DNA of 64,000 bases from an uncultured virus (IMG/VR IMGVR_UViG_3300042310_000554) (IMGVR_UViG_3300042310_000554), one strand, 5' to 3'; numbered from the stretch's first letter, positions 31,270-42,818 are shown. Notes: generated from the sequence alone by a model not told the origin. Translations and numbers: made by a program.

Positions 31270-31384
31270 TTGTTTTATGTTATTTTAATATATAAATATA
31301 TGAAATTATGAAAAAAGCACATTTGTACTAATATTCATAACATCTTTTTATTTATTAATAAATATCACAAAAATGTAAAAAACA

Positions 31385-31411
31385 AAAAAAGGAGACAAAA
31401 TGTCTCCTTTT
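31385..31411 (-). terminator. Intrinsic terminator
   Basis: AAAAAAAGGAGACA-AAA-TGTCTCCTTTT. Confidence 0.8.
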
Positions 31412-31433
31412 AGTTTAATCAATTAAAATTTTT

Positions 31434-31643
31434 TTATTCTATAACTTCGTTAATTTTACTCTCAACGATTGCGGTTATTCTCCACTCCATAGAATAATTT
31501 TCAAATACTTTAGTGACTTTCGCCTCTACGTCGGTGGGATTATAACCACTAACTAATTTTTCTTCTCTTAACTTTTTAAGTTTTCCTGTTTCAGTATCTA
31601 CTGAATCCAATGTAATTTTTGCGATGAAATACTTTTCGTCCAT
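31434..31643 (-). CDS. DUF4494-like small protein
   Basis: YFIAKI...GKLKKLREEKLV.G...TDVEAKV resembles the Bacteroidota DUF4494 N-terminal repeat. Confidence 0.55.
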   Translation of the reverse strand: MDEKYFIAKITLDSVDTETGKLKKLREEKLVSGYNPTDVEAKVTKVFENYSMEWRITAIVESKINEVIE

Positions 31644-31658
31644 AATGTTTAATTTTTT

Positions 31659-32384
31659 TTAGTATCCTAAATAATCGTTTAATTTTTTCATTAAGTCAAG
31701 CGATTTGTTTCCAGATTCGCCAACTTGTCTTTCTACTTTCATTTTTTTCTCTTCTTCCAAATTCTCATCAAAATTAAACCTATCATCAGGATTTTGAAAA
31801 AGGTATGCTCCCGGTGTTGATGGTGATGAAACTAAGTCAAAACAGATTAATTCAAAATCATCTTGTACTTCATTTTGTTCACCCACTTTTTTAAGAGACC
31901 CCACACCTCTTGAAGATATACCCAATGTTACTCCTTGTCTAAGATAGTTTGCCGCTAAATCACCTTTGGTTGATACAATCCCTCTTTCGTGGAAACCCGG
32001 AGATGTTAATAGTTTTATTTTACCCATTAAAACGGGTCCTTCCCACCATATCTCTGTAATTGCGTGAGATACTCTATCTAAATCAATTAACGATGATTCA
32101 GGATGATTTAATTCTGAAAGGGCAGTTCCTTTGTTAATCATCTTTTTATAGTTCTCGGCCTCTCTTTTTAAGATTCTTTCAGGATACAATCTACCATTTC
32201 TATTTGGTGTATTATATTTTTGTAGAACCGCATAAAATTCAAAAGGTTTTGAATGGTCTAAATCTTCTTTAGACTCTTTAATCATCGCAGCATTTTTCTT
32301 ATCTGTTGGTGAAATAAATCCGGCATCTTCTTCAATTAATATCCCTCTCCCTATTTCATTTGGTTTTAAAATTGTTAAATTCAT
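31659..32384 (-). CDS. Prohead protease (T4 gp21-like)
   Basis: NRNGRLYP, ELNHP, VSHAI, GISSRGVGS, FDLVSSPSTPGA. Confidence 0.95.
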   Translation of the reverse strand: MNLTILKPNEIGRGILIEEDAGFISPTDKKNAAMIKESKEDLDHSKPFEFYAVLQKYNTPNRNGRLYPERILKREAENYKKMINKGTALSELNHPESSLIDLDRVSHAITEIWWEGPVLMGKIKLLTSPGFHERGIVSTKGDLAANYLRQGVTLGISSRGVGSLKKVGEQNEVQDDFELICFDLVSSPSTPGAYLFQNPDDRFNFDENLEEEKKMKVERQVGESGNKSLDLMKKLNDYLGY

Positions 32385-32407
32385 CTTGAATGTTTTATTT
32401 ATAAATA

Positions 32408-32878
32408 TTAAACATTCTCAATTTGTACTGGTTCCACCTCCGATTTGATTTTTTTTGTTAGATAAAACTTAAAATTTTCATTTTCTAAAAAGTTATCTAA
32501 AAAGATTTGGTTAATAATTTCTTTTAACGAATTTTTAATTTCATCGGATTTAAAGTCCATATCAGTTTGAATTATAAAAAAATTAATTTCTAAATTCATA
32601 AAAGATTTTTTTCCGGTTGTTAGACCGCTTGACCTTAAATCCAAGTCAACAATGAAATTTGTATCAAAAATTGTTTTGTCTAATGATTCATAGACTGAAT
32701 GTTTTATACCTCTACTCATATTAAGAACTGTCCTTGTCCAGTTATTAGCTTCGTAAATTGGTTCTACCCACGTTTGGATGTTTAGGTAGAGAGATTTTAA
32801 ACTCATTGAGTCGACTGTTCCATATATTATTTTAGCAGTCTTAAACCCATGAATTTGTGAGGTTTTCCCCTTTTTCAT
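32408..32878 (-). CDS. Hypothetical protein
   Basis: 156 aa ORF in head module. Confidence 0.65.
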   Translation of the reverse strand: MKKGKTSQIHGFKTAKIIYGTVDSMSLKSLYLNIQTWVEPIYEANNWTRTVLNMSRGIKHSVYESLDKTIFDTNFIVDLDLRSSGLTTGKKSFMNLEINFFIIQTDMDFKSDEIKNSLKEIINQIFLDNFLENENFKFYLTKKIKSEVEPVQIENV

Positions 32879-32972
32879 TAATTTCCATATTTTCTCGTTT
32901 ATTTTTTAAAAAAATAGGTGAAAATACCACAATAGTCAAAACTTTTTGAAAAGATGGGGATATATGTATTAT

Positions 32973-33167
32973 ATGTTAATAGTTAAATTAGATAAAAACA
33001 CTACGATTGAGCGAGCTTTAAAACTTTATAAAAGTAAGGTAATAAAAACTCGACAAAGTTCTGAACTTGTTAAAAGAAAAGAATTTGTTAAAGAGTCTGT
33101 TATTAAAAGAGCTGAACTTTCTAAGGCAAAGTATGTCCAAAAGAAGTTTAAGTCGAATAACGACTAA
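32973..33167 (+). CDS. rpsU: Ribosomal protein bS21 (Bacteroidota type)
   Basis: MLIVKLDKNTTIERALKLYKSKVIKT...ELVKRKEFVKESVIKRAELSKAKYVQ; 64 aa from ATG 32973. Confidence 0.9.
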   Translation: MLIVKLDKNTTIERALKLYKSKVIKTRQSSELVKRKEFVKESVIKRAELSKAKYVQKKFKSNND

Positions 33168-33883
33168 AGAGTTTCGTTTAAACTTTTAAGTTTAAAATAA
33201 GTTAGTTTGTCGTATTTCTCAGATATCACCTTAGATAAGGTATCATTGATTCTGCTCTTAACTGAACTATCATCTGAAGTAGATTTCATTTTAGTTAATT
33301 TATCCACAACACTTTCTTTAATCACATTAAAATCTTCATTAAGTTTACTATCGTCTTCAGATAGTAATTTAATCAATTCATCTTTATCGGATTCATTTAA
33401 AGATTCTATATAACTATTAATTGTTTGGTTGGCAATACTAACCATTGCTTTTAATGGTATATTAACACTTTCAGTTTTAGTGATAGGTAATTTTCTTAAA
33501 TTTTCTGAAATAATTTTTTTACTTTTAATTCTTGATTCAATTGTTAAAACATCTCTTGAAAATAAGTTATCAATATTATCGTAAGCGTCATTTGATTTAG
33601 AATCTTTAACCCACTCATTCAAACTTTTAATTTCAGATGTGGATATTTTATTTACGGTATTTTCATATATAGTAATACATTCGTGAATATATTCGGCGAT
33701 ATATGATTCGGATAATGCTTTTGGTGAATTTAATTCATCATACATATAAAAAATTTTACTGATGTTTTTATTCTCTAACACCAGTTTTTTAAAATTCTTT
33801 ATTTCTTGTTTAAATGTTCCATTATTATACGATTCTAATAATACATTTTCTATTTTCGATTTTAAGATACCAAATTTTGTCAT
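33164..33883 (-). CDS. Hypothetical protein (start revised to MTKFG)
   Basis: ORF downstream of portal; ATATTTAT upstream of ATG 33883. Confidence 0.65.
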   Translation of the reverse strand: MTKFGILKSKIENVLLESYNNGTFKQEIKNFKKLVLENKNISKIFYMYDELNSPKALSESYIAEYIHECITIYENTVNKISTSEIKSLNEWVKDSKSNDAYDNIDNLFSRDVLTIESRIKSKKIISENLRKLPITKTESVNIPLKAMVSIANQTINSYIESLNESDKDELIKLLSEDDSKLNEDFNVIKESVVDKLTKMKSTSDDSSVKSRINDTLSKVISEKYDKLTYFKLKSLNETL

Positions 33884-33905
33884 TTTTCTTTTTTTATTAT
33901 AAATA

Positions 33906-35771
33906 TCAATCATTTAGAAGTTTATCTAATTCCTTTGAAATATCTCCTAAAGAATTTCTAGATTTGGATAAATCTATATAAGAATCATCATCAGTCATAT
34001 TACCGCTTTCCAATAAGATATTCCAATTTTCTTTTCTATTAAATGATTCCGGAGTTAGGTCAGCTTCTCCGCCTGCTTCAGGTGCTGGTGGGAGTTCTTC
34101 TCCTCCTAATTCAGGTTCTCCACCCAAATCTGATTCTCCACCAAAATCACCTCCACCAAAACTACTTCCACCGCCCGGTGGTGGTGGTGCCGGAACTTCA
34201 GCTGATTGTGTTGTTCCTGATTTACTACCATATAACTTATCAATATTATCAAATATACCTGTGTGAGATATTATTGTTGCTGTATTTGTTAATTCAGCAC
34301 CAACAGCCTTTTCTATTCTTTGTTGTTGTAAATCTAATTTAATTTCATCATCCGAGAATCCTAATACGTGTTTTTTAGCCCAAGTAACCGATACAGGAGC
34401 AATACCTTCTATTGCCGTTACAGCGTCTTTATACAATAATATTTTTTCTTTCCAAACATCAATTTTTAATAAATCTGCTTGGGTCGATGGATTGGTTAAA
34501 CTTAATCTAAAGTTGGATAATTCATCTTCAAACCCTAATAAAAATAAATGAACAATAGCGATTTTATTTAATTCGGCTATCATACATTTTTGTATTCTAT
34601 TGATAGTTCTTGCAAAACGAATATCCTGTAATGATAAATTTTTTCCATCACCAACAGTTTCTTCAAACCCTAAAAAGGCTTTAGGAACACGAAGTGCTGT
34701 TAATAATTTCTTTTGGATATATTCAATATCGGCAATTTCCGCTAAATTCTGAGCTCCGGGCAATGTTTCTATTGGAGATGTTGCCGCTGGGTCACGAACA
34801 GGAATAAAATAATCTTGGTCAACCGCCATTTGATTAAATCTCATATCCACGTTTCCGGTTTTAGAATCAACAACTTGGTCTCTTTTAAATTTATTGGCAA
34901 CTCGTTGTACATATGGTTCAACATCCTTATCATCCATATTACCAACAAATACTTTAAAAACTCTTCTTTCAGGTGCTCTCGAAGTTCTATAAATTAACAT
35001 CGCATCTTCAGATAACAATAATTGTTTCCAAATACGTCTAGCCTTTTCTAACATAGAAGTACCGTAAGGAAGTTTTCTATCATCACCCAATAATCTAAAA
35101 TGAGCCACTTCCCAAGAGTTAAACTCCATATCTTTAGCTTTCCACTTAAATCGTAACCCTTTGTTTTCAGCAGGTTCATCAACATTTGCCGATTTTGCTG
35201 CCATACCTCGTTCTAATCTTTCAATCTCAATATTTGGTAATTGCATACAACCAACAATACCTTTTTCAGCGTCAAGTTTTAAATAGACAAAATTATCACC
35301 GTATTTACAAGTGTTTCTTGTCCACATTGGTAAATTGGTGTTAAGGTCTAAAATATTATTAAATAAATCTGAAATAATTCCTTTTATCCTTTTTGATTCT
35401 GAATAAATTTGTAACATATGACCATTTTGGTCAACTGTAGTTGATTCCTCACCATAAATGTCTAACGCTGCTGAAATTTCTGGTGTATATTCCATACTTT
35501 CGTAATCATAAAATGAGGCTAAACGAGTTGGCTCGTAATAAACTGCTTGAGTATATAAATTACTCTCAATTTTTGTCCATTGATTTGCTAAGTAATAAGT
35601 TTGTTGAGCCTGAAGTTTTTCTTTTTCGTACTCGGCTTGAGATGTGGTTTTTAATAATTCTTTTTTATCTAACTTATATGTTGGGTAATCTTGATTCAAT
35701 AGAGCATTTGGTCCAAAAGCTCTGGATAATCTTTGCCAAACAGTTAAGTCGTTATTTTGATTGTTTTCCAT
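33906..35771 (-). CDS. Portal protein (T4 gp20-like)
   Basis: EDAMLIYRTSRAPERRVF, DYFIP, IETLPG, ALRVPKAFL, DIRFARTI. Confidence 0.95.
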   Translation of the reverse strand: MENNQNNDLTVWQRLSRAFGPNALLNQDYPTYKLDKKELLKTTSQAEYEKEKLQAQQTYYLANQWTKIESNLYTQAVYYEPTRLASFYDYESMEYTPEISAALDIYGEESTTVDQNGHMLQIYSESKRIKGIISDLFNNILDLNTNLPMWTRNTCKYGDNFVYLKLDAEKGIVGCMQLPNIEIERLERGMAAKSANVDEPAENKGLRFKWKAKDMEFNSWEVAHFRLLGDDRKLPYGTSMLEKARRIWKQLLLSEDAMLIYRTSRAPERRVFKVFVGNMDDKDVEPYVQRVANKFKRDQVVDSKTGNVDMRFNQMAVDQDYFIPVRDPAATSPIETLPGAQNLAEIADIEYIQKKLLTALRVPKAFLGFEETVGDGKNLSLQDIRFARTINRIQKCMIAELNKIAIVHLFLLGFEDELSNFRLSLTNPSTQADLLKIDVWKEKILLYKDAVTAIEGIAPVSVTWAKKHVLGFSDDEIKLDLQQQRIEKAVGAELTNTATIISHTGIFDNIDKLYGSKSGTTQSAEVPAPPPPGGGSSFGGGDFGGESDLGGEPELGGEELPPAPEAGGEADLTPESFNRKENWNILLESGNMTDDDSYIDLSKSRNSLGDISKELDKLLND

Positions 35772-35856
35772 CTTAATAATTTAAATATTTTTTTTTATTA
35801 ATAAATAGTTTATAAGTTGGATTAAACTTGGTGGTTATTATTGTTATCTATCATTA

Positions 35857-38800
35857 TTAATTTACTTTATTCAATACAAAAATATCACTATAAATATTGT
35901 TTCCTGTGCTAGCAGTTCCCCATTCAACTGTCACATTTAATGTATTACCAATTGTTGTGTCAAATGTTGTATTGTTCACTACATTAAATCCAAATCCTTG
36001 AACCGTAGCATTGTTAGTTTTTGTGTAATGAAAACTACCTAAAGATACGACAGATGCTACACCAGCAGCTCCAAGTTGTCTAATTGTAAAATCAACATTC
36101 AAAGACCATACATCATCTACAATACTATTTCCAAGACTTTGAATACCGCTATTTAGAAGAATGGTGGACCCTGCTCTTAATCTAATTATAATAGTTTGAT
36201 TATTATTAGCATTAATAATACCACCAAAAACACCTCTAAAGCTATCACCAACACTGAAACCATTAGCTGGTACACTTAATGTACCAACTCCTGTACCAAT
36301 AAGTGTTGATTCAGTTATTGTATTGGTTACAATAGTACTGTTAGTTGTTTGAGCAAATAAACCATATGATATTGATGGTGGTAAAACTGGTGAACTTCCA
36401 CTTGTTCCACTAGAACCATTCGCACCTGATGTTCCTGATGTTCCACTAGAACCATTGGTTCCTGATGTTCCCGATGTTCCGCTAGAACCATTCGCGCCTG
36501 ATGTTCCCGATGAACCACTAGTCCCTGATGAACCATTCGCCCCACTCGTTCCCGAAGAACCGCTTGAACCATTTCCTCCGGCAGCACCTTCTAAATTAAC
36601 CGTCCAACCTGAATATGACCCACTACCAGTTATTGTTTCAACATCAACAACCATATCACCATTTGACGAGTTATAACTAACAACCATACCAATCATATGA
36701 TTTGAGAGGTCATAGGCTATAATTACGTCTTGAGCAACACTATAACCTAAGTTAGCACCAACGACAAAAGTACCAGTACTTCCTGTTTGGATTGTTAAAG
36801 GTGTTGTAGATGTTGTTCTATATAAATCTCCTGAAAAACCACTAGTCCCTGATGAACCACTAGTTCCTGAACTACCACTCGTCCCCGAAGAACCACTAGT
36901 TCCTGATTCACCACTTGTTCCCGAAGAACCGCTAGTTCCTGATGAACCATTTGCTCCACTCGTCCCCGAAGAACCACTAGTTCCTGATTCGCCGCTTGTT
37001 CCCGAAGAACCGCTAGTTCCTGATGAACCTGATTCGCCGCTTGTTCCACTTGTTCCTGATGAACCTGATTCGCCGCTTGTTCCTGATGAACCTGATTCGC
37101 CGCTTGTTCCACTCGTTCCCGAAGAACCATTGGCTCCACTCGTTCCCGATGAACCACTTGTTCCGCTAGAACCATTCGCCCCACTAGTCCCTGAAGAACC
37201 GCTTGAACCATTTCCTCCGGCAGCACCTTCTAAATTAACGAGCCAAGATGAATAATTCCCCGAACCTGTAATATTGCTAATATCAACAACCATATCACCA
37301 TTTGACGGGTTATAACTAACAACCATACCAATCATATGATTTGAGAGGTCGTATGATATTATAATATCTTGAGCAATACTATAACCTAAGTTAGTCCCAA
37401 CAACAAAAGTTCCAGTACTTCCTGTTTGAATTGTTAAAGATGTTGTAGATGTTGTTCTATATAAATCCCCTGAAAATCCACTAGTTCCTGATGAACCACT
37501 AGTTCCTGATTCGCCGCTTGTTCCACTAGTTCCTGATGTACCATTAGTAATCGCAGGTGCAACCACCAACAACCCATCTGAACCAACACAAACTGAACAC
37601 CCTGATGAACTATTAAAACTACATACCGATAAGTCATTAACAAATGTCGTACATGCTCTGTTTGCTGTAACATTACTACCAATTATGTTAGAGTGAGTAA
37701 ATCCTGATGATATTGTATTACAATAACCACCAAGAATTGATGAACATGCACCCATTGCGCAGTTTCTAAATCCACCACCAATAGTAGATAATCTACCAGC
37801 ATTACAACAAGTAATTGTGCCAGTTAAATCTCCAGTAGTAGCGTTAAATGTTCCACCTGAAGTATTGTGTCCAATACCTCCACCAATTGTTGCACCTAAT
37901 GAACAACATTCGTTTGTTGGTGATTGAATTATATTTCTTTGACCTCCTCCAATAAATGAAAACCTTGAATTTGTTATGTTGCAACATCCACCACCAATTA
38001 CCGAAGACTGTCCACTAGCATTATTAGTATCACCACCACCAACAAACGAATAAAATCCGCTTGTATTTTTACGACCACCGCCAATTACAGCAAAAATACT
38101 AGTCGTTGTGTTTCCACTACCACCACCGATAGCTGACCCATCGGGGGTAAAAAAGTTGGAAAAAGTCGCAGTTCGATTATTACAACCACCAGCGATAGTT
38201 GAACCATTTGAATAGCTACCAATCACATTAGTTATCCCACCCCCAATGGATGAACCTGTCGCATAATAACCTACCTGATTCCCACTTCCACCGCCTATAG
38301 TTGCAAATGAACCGTATGTACAAATTTTGTTTCCACCTCCACCACTAATAGTTGAACGGGACCCGCAAGAATAAATTTGATTACCCCAACCCCCACCAAT
38401 GGTTGCGCATTTTGAATCTACACAAATTCGATTACTTTCACCACCACCAATGGTTGAATAACATGAACCGGAGAAAATTATATTATCATTTCCACCACCA
38501 ATTGTTGAATATAATGAATTGGAACACATTTTATTACAATAACCACCACCAATGGTTGAATTGGATGACCTAATTACATTACCATAACCACCACCAATGG
38601 TTGCATCACTTGCAGATATAATATAATTGTACCTCCCACCACCAATGGTTGAAATGCTTGAACCGTCTTTAATTTTATTATAACATCCACCGGAAATGGT
38701 TGATTTGTTTGAATTGTTACAAATGTCATTATAACATCCTCCACCAATTGTTGAATAGGATGAATTAGAACAAATTGTATTAACACATCCTCCACCAATT

Positions 38801-39414
38801 GTTGAATGAGTTGAACCGGAACAAATTCTATTATTTTGACCACCACCAATGTTTGAATAACTAGATTTGATTATATTAAATCGACCACCAGCAATCGTTG
38901 ACTGAGTAGACCCTGTTGAAATAGTATTACAATAACCACCACCAATCACTGTTAAACAACTATTCGTTGTGTTTCCACTACCACCACCAATAGTAGAAAA
39001 ATTTCCTGTAACGCGATTTAAATAACCACCTCCAATAACAGATGCACAACCGGAAGCACTATTTTGACAACCACCTCCAATTGCAGAAAAGCCACTACAA
39101 GTAATTTGATTAAATTTACCACCGTTAACTGTAGAAAAATCAGTAAAAACACTGTTTCCACAACCACCTAATACGGCCGAATAATTTCCGGATGCCGTAT
39201 TGCTAACTCCACACCTAACCGATGAATTATTACCACCACCTAATATAATAACCGCAGGTGAACCACTGTCACCCGAAAATTGTTGAGTTAATGCTGAAAA
39301 ATAAATTGAATTGGTTTCTCCTGACGGGATAACATCGTAGTTTACAATAACCATCAACGATTCTGGTTGACCGGATAATGCTAAGGGTAATTGTGATATA
39401 GGTAAATTAGGCAT
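35857..39414 (-). CDS. Fibre-like protein with STIGGGxxN repeats and Gly-X-Y (GSSGTS) repeats
   Basis: ~30 xxIGGGxxNxI repeats, long GSSGTS runs, and an internally duplicated module. Confidence 0.75.
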   Translation of the reverse strand: MPNLPISQLPLALSGQPESLMVIVNYDVIPSGETNSIYFSALTQQFSGDSGSPAVIILGGGNNSSVRCGVSNTASGNYSAVLGGCGNSVFTDFSTVNGGKFNQITCSGFSAIGGGCQNSASGCASVIGGGYLNRVTGNFSTIGGGSGNTTNSCLTVIGGGYCNTISTGSTQSTIAGGRFNIIKSSYSNIGGGQNNRICSGSTHSTIGGGCVNTICSNSSYSTIGGGCYNDICNNSNKSTISGGCYNKIKDGSSISTIGGGRYNYIISASDATIGGGYGNVIRSSNSTIGGGYCNKMCSNSLYSTIGGGNDNIIFSGSCYSTIGGGESNRICVDSKCATIGGGWGNQIYSCGSRSTISGGGGNKICTYGSFATIGGGSGNQVGYYATGSSIGGGITNVIGSYSNGSTIAGGCNNRTATFSNFFTPDGSAIGGGSGNTTTSIFAVIGGGRKNTSGFYSFVGGGDTNNASGQSSVIGGGCCNITNSRFSFIGGGQRNIIQSPTNECCSLGATIGGGIGHNTSGGTFNATTGDLTGTITCCNAGRLSTIGGGFRNCAMGACSSILGGYCNTISSGFTHSNIIGSNVTANRACTTFVNDLSVCSFNSSSGCSVCVGSDGLLVVAPAITNGTSGTSGTSGESGTSGSSGTSGFSGDLYRTTSTTSLTIQTGSTGTFVVGTNLGYSIAQDIIISYDLSNHMIGMVVSYNPSNGDMVVDISNITGSGNYSSWLVNLEGAAGGNGSSGSSGTSGANGSSGTSGSSGTSGANGSSGTSGTSGESGSSGTSGESGSSGTSGTSGESGSSGTSGSSGTSGESGTSGSSGTSGANGSSGTSGSSGTSGESGTSGSSGTSGSSGTSGSSGTSGFSGDLYRTTSTTPLTIQTGSTGTFVVGANLGYSVAQDVIIAYDLSNHMIGMVVSYNSSNGDMVVDVETITGSGSYSGWTVNLEGAAGGNGSSGSSGTSGANGSSGTSGSSGTSGANGSSGTSGTSGTNGSSGTSGTSGANGSSGTSGSSPVLPPSISYGLFAQTTNSTIVTNTITESTLIGTGVGTLSVPANGFSVGDSFRGVFGGIINANNNQTIIIRLRAGSTILLNSGIQSLGNSIVDDVWSLNVDFTIRQLGAAGVASVVSLGSFHYTKTNNATVQGFGFNVVNNTTFDTTIGNTLNVTVEWGTASTGNNIYSDIFVLNKVN
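36561..37480. repeat. Intragenic duplication (~280 bp, offset 639 nt) flanking 9/18-bp GSSGTS-coding tandem repeats
   Basis: 36561-36840 closely matches 37200-37480 (SGDLYRTTST...VNLEGAAGGNG module). Confidence 0.85.
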
Positions 39415-39416
39415 AA

Positions 39417-39824
39417 TTAATTGATTAGAATTTTATTATTATTTTCTTGGTCTAATGTAAAATAATTCTCTTGTAATAAATAGTTTGTATCTTCAATTTG
39501 TGTTGGAGTATTTGTTGGTGTTATTGTTGGCGTTGGAGTATTTGTTGGTGTTATTGTTGGCGTTGGAGTATTTGTTGGTGTTATTGTTGGTGTTGGAGTA
39601 TTTGTTGGTGTTGGTTTAGGTGGTGGTGGTAAATAACTTAAAACACAAGTCTTATTTAATTCAGTAATACATATAACATATTGACCATAATAATATTCTG
39701 TGTTATATGTATAAGGTAATATTACTGAACCTAAATCTATTGTACCTCCAGTTGAGGGGTAATAGGTTATATTCCCGCAATATCCGATATAATTATCTGT
39801 CGATATTATAAATTTATATATCAT
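39417..39824 (-). CDS. Small Pro/Thr-repeat protein with shared N-terminal module
   Basis: ISTDNYIGY...NKTC module + (TPTNTPTPTI)n + LLQEN..LDQEN tail. Confidence 0.7.
   Translation of the reverse strand: MIYKFIISTDNYIGYCGNITYYPSTGGTIDLGSVILPYTYNTEYYYGQYVICITELNKTCVLSYLPPPPKPTPTNTPTPTITPTNTPTPTITPTNTPTPTITPTNTPTQIEDTNYLLQENYFTLDQENNNKILIN
39501..39610. repeat. 30-bp coding tandem repeat
   Basis: YGTTGGAGTATTTGTTGGTGTTATTGTTGG repeated about 3.5 times. Confidence 0.85.
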
Positions 39825-39935
39825 AATTTTTTAATTTAAATTGGATAATCATCATATGATGAAGTTATTTATTCCTACTTCTGATAATGTTATTAATACT
39901 GTCATTATTATATTTATTTTATTAATTTCTTTTTA

Positions 39936-42818
39936 TTATGATTGTGTCCATACAATACCACCTTCTCCTCCAGTTCCTGTTCCAAACCAATTATTTAGTA
40001 CTTCAAAATTATAATTACCAGCAGGAAGTGTAAGACTTTGTGAATATGCTTCATAATTAAAATCACGAGGCCTAGCAATCTCTACATATCTATCTGAACC
40101 AAAACTTGGGTCTTGGCCTTGTAACCAAATATTAAAACCTGATGAAAAAGAACCAGGTCCAGCATTATCTGGTATACCTGCAAAAGCTCTAAGAGTAACA
40201 GGGTCACCTATTATTTCAACAGTTCCGTTTATATAGTAAAATCCTCCTGAAGGGTTTGCTCCTCCTTCTCCATATGGTGGCTCAGACCAGTCAACCGAAT
40301 TAACAGGAGGTACTGTAGTGGTAGTTGGTGTTGGAGTTTGAGTGTTGGTTGGTGTAGGTGTCACCGTTGGTGTATTGGTTGGTGTTATTGTGTTAGTCGG
40401 TGTTTGAGTAGGTGTTGATGTTATTGTAAGTGTTGGTGTTTGAGTTGGCGTTGATGTTTGAGTAGGTGTTGATGTTATTGTAAGTGTTGGTGTTTGAGTT
40501 GGCGTTGATGTTTGAGTTGGCGTTGGTGATAGGGATGGGGGTATGGTACCTTCTGTTGGCGTAACTGTTGATGTTACCGTCATTGTTGGCGTTTGAGTAT
40601 TTGTCGGGGTTTGTGTTGGGGTTATTGTTGGTGTTGGTGTTGGAGTTAATGTTGGTGTTGGTGTTAATGTTTGAGTTGGTACTGGAAATACAACTATTCC
40701 GTTGCTTATTTTATAAAGTAATGTCCATGTTCCTGAAATACAACCAATCGAATTCAACATATTTTTTATTTCAAAATTATTTACCGGGTCAGTCAAATCG
40801 GTTACTTCATAATTTAAACCCGATGTATACGAAGTTAAGGTAATATTTTCCTCACACCATTCATCTGTTGATGAATAGCACACATTAGGCTTAGGACGAA
40901 TTCGAGACAAATACGTTGCATTGGAGCTCTTTGCTTGTTGAGGTTGGTAATATTGACCGGCGACAGCATTACTTATGGTTGGGGGGGTATTTCCGCGCCT
41001 AACATATGTTTTAAAACTATAATTTGGTGTTGAAATTTTTTGGTTGATATTATCAATTTTATTCTTAATCGTATAATAAGATGTGCTACAAGTTGCCCCA
41101 CTATTAAAACCATTTAATCCTGGTAAAAGAATAACTGTTATTATTTTATTTAAATCATCAAATATAAATGAACCTGATATGTGAGTTTCATAGAGATACT
41201 CCACACCTAATGTATCACCACAAGTTGTGCCAGAAATAATACCTATGACCATATATTTATAATAATTAATATTTGATGGGTCATTAACATAATTTGACAT
41301 ATTTGTTGAACCAGTAACCGTGTTATATTGAGTTTTATAAACATTGTAATCAGTAATGTCATCAAAAGTTAATGTTATTGTTGGACCTACTTTAGTTATT
41401 GTTGTCCCAGAAATTTGATTTAAACACCCTTGGTAAGCAATAGTTGGGGCATAAAGAAATAGATAACTGTTGTCCAGAATAACCGTCATTGGGTTAATTC
41501 TCCGGTTTACATCTCTCACTGATGGGTCAATAAGTGCCCCGTGATATTTAAAGAAGTTATTATTAGTTGTTGTTGCGGTATATGTTGGTGCATTTCTAGT
41601 GATACCTGAAATCGTTAAAGTACAATAGGATGGATTAGATGTGGATGAATTGAATGTGGCAACCATATTTGAAAAATTATACCCATCTTTACTAAAATTA
41701 CCATTAAAAAGTGAACCACAATCTAGTGACGCGTAATCGGTTAAACACTTACCCGCAAATTCCCAGTTTGTATTGGTATTTGTTGGGTTTGGGTTTATAT
41801 TTATTAATAAATAATCTCCATTAGTATAAGTAAAACCAGTTAATGAAGTAACTAGTTTTAATGCTCTTACAGAGGGACTAAATTCTCCATATGAATAAAC
41901 TTTTGGATTTGATGTTATACTAGAAGTTCCTGCATTATAACCTACTCTCCAATTTTCAAGCTGTGAATTAATATTGTTAGATGGACTAATATAACTAATA
42001 CTTATTGTATCATAAACACTAAATCCTTGAAACGACCATGCAAAATATTTATTTGTTGACCCTAAATCCCAACTAATACTTCTTTCTGCTCGTGTCGAAT
42101 TTTGAGTGGTATTAACATACGATACTGTTACAGGATATGTATTTCCTGATATACCTGAAGAACAAGAATATGCCTCAACACAGACGCTGTTAAGAACTGT
42201 GATTAAATCAGGACTATATTTAACACTACCATTAACTAAATTAATATCTGAAGTATATTGGATACTATTTAAATATGCGAATCTAACTACTGGAAACCAT
42301 GTACCACCTTGAGCAGGTTCATCACTGAATGGTTGTACTACTGTAACATCGGGAGAAGCATTAACATCAGAACCTGATGTAAATGATGGTGAACCAGCTA
42401 CCTCATTTAAATACCAATCAATAACATATGTACCAATTGTACATCCTGACCTAGATGATAACGCACCAACATTTAAAGATGCAAGTTGACAACCAGTTTG
42501 TACGCCTTGAATATACAATCCACAAAATTCTCCTATGTTTTCAACAATACTATAATTAACGTCACAAGCAGGTACACTAGTTAGTGTTGGTGTAGGAGTT
42601 AGTGTAGGAGTTGGTGTTGGTGGTAAATAATTTAAAATGCAAGTCTTATTAAATTCGACAATATAAATAACATATTGACCATAATAATAGTCAGCATAAT
42701 ATATATAGGGTAACATTACTAAACCTAAATCTATTGTATCACCAATTAGAGGATAATAGGTTACATTCCCGTAATATCCGATATAATTATCTGTTGATAT
42801 TGTAATTTTATATGACAT
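39936..42818 (-). CDS. Large Pro/Thr-linker modular protein (putative virion decoration/fibre)
   Basis: Shared N-terminal module, PT linkers; central domain paralogous to 62019..64000. Confidence 0.7.
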   Translation of the reverse strand: MSYKITISTDNYIGYYGNVTYYPLIGDTIDLGLVMLPYIYYADYYYGQYVIYIVEFNKTCILNYLPPTPTPTLTPTPTLTSVPACDVNYSIVENIGEFCGLYIQGVQTGCQLASLNVGALSSRSGCTIGTYVIDWYLNEVAGSPSFTSGSDVNASPDVTVVQPFSDEPAQGGTWFPVVRFAYLNSIQYTSDINLVNGSVKYSPDLITVLNSVCVEAYSCSSGISGNTYPVTVSYVNTTQNSTRAERSISWDLGSTNKYFAWSFQGFSVYDTISISYISPSNNINSQLENWRVGYNAGTSSITSNPKVYSYGEFSPSVRALKLVTSLTGFTYTNGDYLLININPNPTNTNTNWEFAGKCLTDYASLDCGSLFNGNFSKDGYNFSNMVATFNSSTSNPSYCTLTISGITRNAPTYTATTTNNNFFKYHGALIDPSVRDVNRRINPMTVILDNSYLFLYAPTIAYQGCLNQISGTTITKVGPTITLTFDDITDYNVYKTQYNTVTGSTNMSNYVNDPSNINYYKYMVIGIISGTTCGDTLGVEYLYETHISGSFIFDDLNKIITVILLPGLNGFNSGATCSTSYYTIKNKIDNINQKISTPNYSFKTYVRRGNTPPTISNAVAGQYYQPQQAKSSNATYLSRIRPKPNVCYSSTDEWCEENITLTSYTSGLNYEVTDLTDPVNNFEIKNMLNSIGCISGTWTLLYKISNGIVVFPVPTQTLTPTPTLTPTPTPTITPTQTPTNTQTPTMTVTSTVTPTEGTIPPSLSPTPTQTSTPTQTPTLTITSTPTQTSTPTQTPTLTITSTPTQTPTNTITPTNTPTVTPTPTNTQTPTPTTTTVPPVNSVDWSEPPYGEGGANPSGGFYYINGTVEIIGDPVTLRAFAGIPDNAGPGSFSSGFNIWLQGQDPSFGSDRYVEIARPRDFNYEAYSQSLTLPAGNYNFEVLNNWFGTGTGGEGGIVWTQS

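Noticed and set aside
28209..31288. Overlapping ORFs in capsid/scaffold genes (e.g. 30332..30631, 30866..31288)
   Set aside because: Low-complexity antisense or off-frame shadows of Glu/Asp-rich coding sequence
32946..32972. N-terminal extension or Shine-Dalgarno-based autoregulation of bS21
   Set aside because: Homology starts at ATG 32973; the upstream GGGGA is ~12 nt away and a weak match
36327..38849. Alternative-frame ORFs within the fibre gene
   Set aside because: By-products of stop-free tandem repeats
39501..39610. 30-bp direct repeats as a CRISPR array
   Set aside because: No spacers; in-frame coding repeats for TPTNTPTPTI; no cas genes in the window
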